Shown here: one piece after another, positions 57,711-64,000 of the stretch
Layout: the number at the start of each line of letters is the position of its first letter
Position numbering within the stretch: position 1 is the stretch's first letter
Assembly (NCBI GenBank): GCA_963705165.1
Contig: CAVPJD010000008.1
Location: 64,001 to 128,000, forward strand
Length of the DNA: 64,000 nucleotides
Source: an uncultured delta proteobacterium
GTDB taxonomy: Bacteria; Desulfobacterota; Syntrophia; Syntrophales; UBA2192
Reading direction: 5' to 3'
Notes under the pieces: generated by a model
What the model was told of the DNA's origin: nothing
The model's input: the letters and a program-made list of their open reading frames with translations, nothing else
Databases searched by the model: none
Translations under genes and position numbers: made by a program

Positions 57711-59447
57711 TTACCAGTCGAATACCGTATCCATCTCCGCGTCGCTGACCTGGAACGTGACATTGTGCGGGGGAAGCAGCTCCTTCCTGAAAAACTCCGG
57801 CAGGCGGTCCTGCGCTTTCGTGAGGCCGGCCTGCGCATTGAACTCCCGCTCCCACGTGAGGACCTTTTTCCCCAGCGCCGTGACGTCGTCGCCCGTCATG
57901 TTGAGCCCGTAGAAGGCGCTGAGCAGGTCGAGCAGCGCCTGGAAGGTTTCGGGCTGGTCCATGATCGCGAAGGCGATGAAGAGGCACATCCCCGTGGAGT
58001 CGATGGCCGCCGTGGCGATCTGGAGATTCCGGGAAAGCTCGATCTGGCCCTCCGGTTTCAGCGGGTCGACATAGCCCCCCACCTTGAGGATGTTGGTGGC
58101 CACGGCGTAGCCTGCCGTGTGGTCGGCGCCCATGGTGCTTGTGGCATAAGTCACGCCGATTCCCTGGATCGCCCTCGGGTCGTAGGCTGGAAGGGCCTGG
58201 TTCTTCACGACGGGGACCCGCTCGATGCCGAAGGCCCGGCCCGTCATGCCGGCGCCGTTTCCCAGGATGCGTCCCAGGGGGCTGCCCTTGCCCACTTCCC
58301 TGATAAGCTGAATCGCCGCGTCGGCATCCCCGAACTTAGCCAACCCGGCCTCCATGGCCACCCCGATCGTCGCGCCCATCTCGATGGTGTCCAGTCCGAA
58401 GTCGTCATCGAGACGGTCCATCAAGGCGATCTTGTCCAGGTCGTCGATGCCGCAGTTGGCGCCGTGGGCCCAGACAGTCTCGTACTCGGGCTGCTTGGTC
58501 AGATAGTTACCGTCCTTGTCGTGGTAGATTCCCGAGCAGCGGATCACGCAGCCCCGGTGGCAACCGTGCGTCGGGTTTCCGCCGCGGGCCTTCTCCAGCT
58601 CCGCCTCGGTCTCGCCGCTGATCTTCGAGGTCCCCTCGAAGCGGCCCCAGAGGAAGTTGTTCGTGGGGTAGGCGCCCGCCTCGTTGATCACGTTGGCCAG
58701 GATGTTCGTGCCGAAGGCGGGAAGCCCCTCGCCCGTGACGGGGTGTTTCCTCAGACCGTCCACGAAGGCCTTGTTGGCCGCCCTGAATTTTTCGACATCT
58801 TTCGGGGCGCGGGCGTTCATGCCGGCGTCATCGAGCACGATCACCTTGACCCCCTTGGAGCCCATGACGGCTCCGAGGCCGCCGCGCCCTGCGTGGCGGG
58901 TGGGCCTGAGCTCCATGTCCGTGAAGGCCACCGTGGCGGCGCACATCTTCATCTCGCCCGCCGGCCCGATGGACATGCAGGCGATCTTTTCGCCGTACTC
59001 GCCCTTCATTTTCTCGACGAGGTCGTAATTGCCGAGCATCTTGAGACTGTTGTCCCGGGTGATCTTCACGCCGTCCTTGTTGATGAAGACCTTGTAGAGA
59101 TCGTTCTCCTTCGGCTTTCCCTCCAGGATGATGGCTGCGTAGCCCAGCCGGGCGAGCACCTGGGCGGCCTGGCCGCCGGAGTTCGCCTCCTTGATGCCGC
59201 CCGTCAGCGGGCTCTTGCCGCCCACGGAGCAGCGCCCCGACATGGCCGCGATGGTTCCGCTGAGCATCCCCGGGGCAATGACGAGCTTGTTGTCCTCGCC
59301 CAGCGGGTGCGCCAGGGGCGGCACTTCCTTCGAGACGACGGCGGAGGTCAACGCCCGGCCTCCCAGCCCCGCGTATTCCCCGACGGGTGTTACGCCGGCC
59401 GCAGGACCGCCCTCCGCGCTCATGTTGATTCGGAGCAGTTTGTCCAT
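57711..59447 (-). CDS. aor: Tungsten-type aldehyde:ferredoxin oxidoreductase
   Basis: KSPLTG.IKEANSGG, IGPAGE, AGRGGLGAVMGSK, CHRGCVIRC, PEYET, G.DTIE, YDPR, GADH. Confidence 0.95.
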   Translation of the reverse strand: MDKLLRINMSAEGGPAAGVTPVGEYAGLGGRALTSAVVSKEVPPLAHPLGEDNKLVIAPGMLSGTIAAMSGRCSVGGKSPLTGGIKEANSGGQAAQVLARLGYAAIILEGKPKENDLYKVFINKDGVKITRDNSLKMLGNYDLVEKMKGEYGEKIACMSIGPAGEMKMCAATVAFTDMELRPTRHAGRGGLGAVMGSKGVKVIVLDDAGMNARAPKDVEKFRAANKAFVDGLRKHPVTGEGLPAFGTNILANVINEAGAYPTNNFLWGRFEGTSKISGETEAELEKARGGNPTHGCHRGCVIRCSGIYHDKDGNYLTKQPEYETVWAHGANCGIDDLDKIALMDRLDDDFGLDTIEMGATIGVAMEAGLAKFGDADAAIQLIREVGKGSPLGRILGNGAGMTGRAFGIERVPVVKNQALPAYDPRAIQGIGVTYATSTMGADHTAGYAVATNILKVGGYVDPLKPEGQIELSRNLQIATAAIDSTGMCLFIAFAIMDQPETFQALLDLLSAFYGLNMTGDDVTALGKKVLTWEREFNAQAGLTKAQDRLPEFFRKELLPPHNVTFQVSDAEMDTVFDW

Positions 59448-59615
59448 GATCCGTCCTCCTTGTTTGATGGAGTTGTCCGGGGATCCATAAGCCGTTGAGC
59501 TGCAGGTTCAAAGGAAAGCTGACAGGGGCAAGTGGCGACTCGAGGCTCTCTTCTGCGATGATCGGAGTGGCTGTTGTATAATAAGGGATAAACGACAGGA
59601 TTAAGCGCTTATTTA

Positions 59616-59663
59616 ACTTTAGGGGAACGATTTGCCTTTGTCAATTATGTCTAATTAGACATA
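59616..59663 (-). promoter_or_regulatory. aor promoter with adjacent perfect 18-bp palindrome
   Basis: TTGACA (59639-59644)-17 nt-TAAAGT; TATGTCTAATTAGACATA at 59646-59663. Confidence 0.7.
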
Positions 59664-59814
59664 GCCTCGGGCAGCCGCACCAAGTCAGCGGGCATGCATC
59701 GCTTGACCCCTCAAGGGACGCTCTGCTATAAAAAGAATGGAAATCGTGTCCTCGGGCTTATCGTTGGGCTTATTGATCGCGCGCTTCTTCCCTCCTTCCA
59801 GAGAGGCCGCAGCC

Positions 59815-60402
59815 ATGTTCCCGCGCCTGGAAAAATTTCTTGCCGTCTTCGCCGTCACGGCCATCGCCGTCACGGCCGCCTTCTGGGTCTTCCCCCCCGA
59901 GTTGCGTTTCCCGGACCCGAGGCCGGAGGCAGGCGTTTCCAGTGCGAGCCCCGTCGAGGCAGCCCCGGATGCTGCACCCTCTCTCACCCCGCCGCCCGTT
60001 GAGTTTGCGGTGCGGGAAACGAAGAACGAACCCCTTGCCCCCATCGTTTCAAACGACTCCGACGAGATGTGGCAACGCCTCCCGGCAACCCTCTCCCTTG
60101 CCATTCGCGAGAAGCTCCCCGAGGTCTCTCTGTCGGACGAGGACATCCAGGGGCTGACCGAAACCATCCGGACTTTCCGGGAATCGATGCAGAGCCTCCG
60201 GGAGGTGGAGCGGACCCCGGAAAATGCGGACAGGATCCGGGAGCTGATGGGGCGCGTCGAGGAGGACCGCCGCCGGTTCGAGAAAACGACCGGCATGAGC
60301 ATTGCCGAGTTCGTCCAGCGCACGACAACAAGCGGAATCGACAATGGCAAACCCGAAGAAGGCAAGGGGATTCCGGAAACCCTGGATGGTCCAGGCCGTT
60401 AG
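59815..60402 (+). CDS. Hypothetical membrane-anchored protein
   Basis: GAGG RBS; N-terminal TM, Pro-rich linker, helical C-domain. Confidence 0.65.
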   Translation: MFPRLEKFLAVFAVTAIAVTAAFWVFPPELRFPDPRPEAGVSSASPVEAAPDAAPSLTPPPVEFAVRETKNEPLAPIVSNDSDEMWQRLPATLSLAIREKLPEVSLSDEDIQGLTETIRTFRESMQSLREVERTPENADRIRELMGRVEEDRRRFEKTTGMSIAEFVQRTTTSGIDNGKPEEGKGIPETLDGPGR

Positions 60403-60509
60403 TCTCGTGCCCCACTCAAGACCACCTGAAATCGTTCGGGGGAAAAAAGGAGCCCCGCCGGACGGCGGGGCTCCTGCGACGGTTGCATTCGGCAGGAATA
60501 TGAAACGAA

Positions 60510-60860
60510 CTACCTTGCGGACTTCCTGGGTGTTTTGGCGGTTTTCTTCAGGTTCCTCGCTTTCGCGGCAGCCCCCTCTTTCTCGAGCTTCGCGATCCTC
60601 TTCTTGAGCACGTCGATCTCTTTTTTCAGCGGGGCGTGGAGCTTGTCCTGGGCGTCGGACATCACCTTCTGGATCCGCCCCTCCAGGTCCTTCGTCGCTG
60701 CCTTCGATTTTACCACCAGTTCATTCACCAGCGCCCGGCCTTCCTTCTCGGTGATCTCCCCCTTCTTGATCAGTTCCGCAACGGACTCTTCAACCTTCTC
60801 CTTACCCATGTAGAAAAGGCCGACACTGAGCAGTTTCACTTTCTTGATGAAGTCCTGCAT
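60510..60860 (-). CDS. Phasin-like (PHA granule-associated type) protein
   Basis: G.G....KEKVE..V.ELIKKGEI...EG and L.KRI..LE motifs. Confidence 0.8.
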   Translation of the reverse strand: MQDFIKKVKLLSVGLFYMGKEKVEESVAELIKKGEITEKEGRALVNELVVKSKAATKDLEGRIQKVMSDAQDKLHAPLKKEIDVLKKRIAKLEKEGAAAKARNLKKTAKTPRKSAR

Positions 60861-61057
60861 GGCTCTTCCTCCTTTCTTTTATCATGATACCGCTTCTTTT
60901 CATCATGATACTGCTTTTCGGCCGCGTAAAGCAAGATAAAGGCTTCCGCGCCCTCGACCACCCGAACCGCTCAAGAATCGCGACATCGATCCGATAAGAA
61001 TTGTGTGCGGGGAATCTCCCGTCACGGCCATCTTGAACCGGGAGGAAACGTCTGACC

Positions 61058-61495
61058 ATGAGCATCCACTGGACACCGGAGCTCTCCGTCGGGGTTGAGG
61101 AGATCGACAACCAGCACAAGGAGCTATACAGGAACGTAGACGTCTTCTTCGGGCAGATCCGGAAAGGGAACGGGAATGGAAACCTCTTGAATCTTTTCTC
61201 ATACCTGGAATCGTATGCGACCGCGCACTTCTCGCTCGAAGAGAAGTACATGACGAAATTTCATGTAGAGGGCTGCGGCTACGAGGACGCAAAGGAGCAC
61301 AAGGCTGAGCACCGGGCCTTTCTGCGGGACTTCACGGCCTTCAAGGAAGAGATCCTGGAAAACGGGCCCACGCCCCTGCTTGTCGAAGAGTTTCAGAAGT
61401 GGATTGTGAACTGGATGGCCGGACACTTCGGCAAGACCGACAGGGGGTTCGGCCGGTTCCTGCGCTCGGCCCTGCCCTTTCTGAAACGAAACTGA
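61058..61495 (+). CDS. Bacteriohemerythrin
   Basis: W....SVG..ID.QH, HF..EE, H...H, W...H...D. Confidence 0.93.
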   Translation: MSIHWTPELSVGVEEIDNQHKELYRNVDVFFGQIRKGNGNGNLLNLFSYLESYATAHFSLEEKYMTKFHVEGCGYEDAKEHKAEHRAFLRDFTAFKEEILENGPTPLLVEEFQKWIVNWMAGHFGKTDRGFGRFLRSALPFLKRN

Positions 61496-61729
61496 CATCA
61501 AGCAGCGAGCACCAAGGAAAAGCAAATCCCCCGTTCCTCCCCCAAGGCAGCTTCGCTGCAGTAATTGGTTGACTGGGTAATTCGTTGATCAGGGAAGAGC
61601 AGATAGCCTGCCTCTTTGCTTTGCTTTCTCCTTCATCAACGAATCAACTAATCACCAGTTACCGCTGCGTAGCAGCTGATTGGGAAAAGAGGGGGATTTT
61701 CTGTTGGCTGTTGGCTGTCGGCTTCTTTT

Positions 61730-62965
61730 TTAAGACAGCTTCAGCAGGGTCACCTCGGGCCGTGCGTTGAGCCTCACGGGGGTGAGCGAGGTGCCGATCC
61801 CGCGGCTCACGTAAAGGCGGGAATCATCGATCCGGAAAAGCCCTTCCGGGTAAGGCGAACGGAGATGGGCCACGCTGATCGCCCGTTTCGGCAGGCTCAG
61901 TTTGATCTGCCCGCCGTGATAGTGGCCGGCCAGGGTCAGAGCAACGCCCTGCTCGGCGGCCGCGGGAAAGATCTCCGGCCGGTGTGAAAGCAGAATTGTC
62001 GGGATTGCCGGGGTCAGGCCGCGCAGGGCGGCTTCGAGGTCGGGCACACCGGCATGGAGATCGTCGATGCCGGCAACGGCGAAGGGCCCCTCCGGGGTGT
62101 GGATGACGCGGTGCGCATTGCGCAGAAGGGGGATGCGGTGCTGCCGGAAAATGGCCGCCAACTCGCCGGACCCGGCGTACCAGTGATCGTGATTGCCCAG
62201 CGTCGCAAAGGTGCCGTAACGGGCACTCACGCGGGCCATCTCCAAGACGCACTCCGGGAGATAGGCGATTGAGTTCGTGATGTAATCCCCGGTGAGGACG
62301 AAGAGATCCGGCTGCAGGGCGATGACCTGGTCGGCATAGCGCCGCAGGTCCTGCCGGGTCATGAAAAGCCCCGCGTGGATGTCGGTGAGCTGGACCACCC
62401 GCAGGGTGCGGCCGAAGGGCAGCGCAAGCTCGCGCACCTCGTGAGCCCTGCCCGCATAGGCGGCACCGTAGCCCGATAGGACGAAGGGCGCCACGGCAAG
62501 CGCGCCCGCCCCGGCCTGCAGGAAGCGGCGCCGGCCCGTGTCGACGACAGCGTCAACCGGCTTGCCGGTGTGCTCCCGGTGTATCCGGGCTGCCCTGCGC
62601 CCAAGATCGCCGGCACCCCGGGACAAGATCAGGATCAGGGCTGAGGATATCGACCCGACAACCCACACGGCCGGAAGATAGAAAAAAAGCAGCTGCACCG
62701 CGCGGGGCGGGTCCACCCAGGATATGGGGGTGGCCATCACGTAGCCGCCCAGGGCGAAGAGAAGCACGACAGCGGCACCTGCCGCAGCAACGGCACGGGA
62801 CCGGAAGCCCGCTGAGCGCCGCGGGAAGCGGAAGGTCTGCCGGATGCGGGCAATGAGGTAAATCTGGGCGAGGATCGCCACGAAGAAAACAAGGATACGA
62901 CCGGCGGAAGAAAAGATTTCCAGGTGAACCGGAGATAGCGTCATTCCGGGATTGAGTTCCATCAT
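61730..62965 (-). CDS. Membrane-bound metallophosphoesterase (YkuE-like), copy 2
   Basis: DIH, TGD, GNHD, LSHRP, GHYHGGQ; close paralogue of 49107-50321. Confidence 0.9.
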   Translation of the reverse strand: MMELNPGMTLSPVHLEIFSSAGRILVFFVAILAQIYLIARIRQTFRFPRRSAGFRSRAVAAAGAAVVLLFALGGYVMATPISWVDPPRAVQLLFFYLPAVWVVGSISSALILILSRGAGDLGRRAARIHREHTGKPVDAVVDTGRRRFLQAGAGALAVAPFVLSGYGAAYAGRAHEVRELALPFGRTLRVVQLTDIHAGLFMTRQDLRRYADQVIALQPDLFVLTGDYITNSIAYLPECVLEMARVSARYGTFATLGNHDHWYAGSGELAAIFRQHRIPLLRNAHRVIHTPEGPFAVAGIDDLHAGVPDLEAALRGLTPAIPTILLSHRPEIFPAAAEQGVALTLAGHYHGGQIKLSLPKRAISVAHLRSPYPEGLFRIDDSRLYVSRGIGTSLTPVRLNARPEVTLLKLS

Positions 62966-63126
62966 CGTGCCCGATAAGATAGTCGTCCGAGGTGGAAATA
63001 GCAAGAAGCAAAAGCCCTGCCATCGGGCAGGGCTTTTCAATAAATCCCGTTATTGAACATTCCCCATTATTTACTGGCAGTTAACTGTTTCCTATACCTT
63101 ACCCTATACCCTGTCCCCTTGACCCT

Positions 63127-63816
63127 TTACTTCTTAGCTTCCCTCTTGACGCCCTTATAATGGTCGATGAACTCAACCATTTTCTCGGACCAGAGCTTGA
63201 AGGCGTCATTGGCCGAGCCCCATTTCGAGAACCGCTGCTCGAAGGCCGCCTTCTGTTCGTCGAATCCCAGGATCTGAATCTCGTTGGTCGTGCTGTCGAG
63301 GCCCATCACCTCGATGCAGGTATCGCCGCTGCCGGACCAGCCCCCTGTTGCGCCCTTCTTGACGAGGCTGACGCCCAGCGCGACAGGCACGACCGACGTC
63401 ACCGCGCTGACGCCGGGCCGGCTTGGACGGATGTTCGTGATGGCGATGCGGAGCCGTGCCACATCGGGTCCCGGTTCGGCCACGATCGGCCACTTGTTCT
63501 TGAAGGCCGCCGCGAGCTCCCGGTTGAAGGCATCGGCCAGTTCCTTCATCTCCTGGGGATCGATACCCTTGTAGTCGGACTCGTCGGCCAGGAAGAAGAC
63601 GACGCTGTCCACCATGAAGCTGTTGTATTTCTTGGGATCGACGCCCCCCTTCAGCCAGCGCAGCTTGGCCCCGCCTTCCGGCCCGGGCTTCAGCATCTCA
63701 TAGGCGGCCGGGTTTCCGAAAAACCCCGAAAACTTGTAATCCGCCGCAGACGCCACAGACGCCGTGAGCACAAGACCGATCCCGACTGCCATCATCATTC
63801 TTGCAACTGCTTTCAT
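63127..63816 (-). CDS. DUF3313 domain exported protein
   Basis: Signal peptide; FSGFF, PGPDVARLRIAIT, E...DS.T.E. Confidence 0.85.
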   Translation of the reverse strand: MKAVARMMMAVGIGLVLTASVASAADYKFSGFFGNPAAYEMLKPGPEGGAKLRWLKGGVDPKKYNSFMVDSVVFFLADESDYKGIDPQEMKELADAFNRELAAAFKNKWPIVAEPGPDVARLRIAITNIRPSRPGVSAVTSVVPVALGVSLVKKGATGGWSGSGDTCIEVMGLDSTTNEIQILGFDEQKAAFEQRFSKWGSANDAFKLWSEKMVEFIDHYKGVKREAKK

Positions 63817-64000
63817 GCTCTCCCTCCTTGATGTTCTGTTCCATCCACGTGAATACGACCTTCGCAAAGAAAGAATGTATCCTTCATAACGCACTCCCGC
63901 TCGAACCTAAAGCGGAATCTTGGCGGGCCGCAGGTGCGATGAACCGACTCCATTCCCTCGCCCATGCCCACGAACAAAGAAAAGCCCCTGACGCTCATTC

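Noticed and set aside
57765..59498. Long antisense ORFs (also 2176-3414, 38744-40243, 51042-53462)
   Set aside because: Shadow frames of GC-rich genes with no motifs or RBS

Overview
A GC-rich chromosomal window that looks deltaproteobacterial (Desulfobacterota, Syntrophales-like). This is inferred from gene content: tungsten-type aldehyde:ferredoxin oxidoreductase, acyl-CoA dehydrogenase, MaoC dehydratase, type IVa pilin, hemerythrin and a selenoprotein. It holds about 65 CDS, mostly metabolic, transport and envelope genes; I found no rRNA, tRNA or CRISPR array. Several signals are not in the ORF track. (1) A 2115-bp element carries two tandem tyrosine recombinases between perfect 14-bp inverted repeats, flanked by a 7-bp direct repeat (32246-34360). 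(2) Next to it is a lone integron cassette (CoiA-like nuclease plus canonical attC) with no integron integrase in the window. (3) An unannotated leader peptide with four consecutive Trp codons and a full attenuator precedes an SphA-family outer-membrane channel. (4) A rhodanese reads through an in-frame UGA followed by a SECIS-like hairpin. (5) An aromatic-rich PilA has a possible degenerate GEMM-I riboswitch. (6) A class A beta-lactamase homologue has an atypical omega loop. (7) Two tandem microproteins share a DR-x(1-2)-W-x-DP motif. Dispersed 7/8-mer inverted-repeat elements and three single-base frameshifts are also present. All product calls come from reading motifs by eye; no searches were run.
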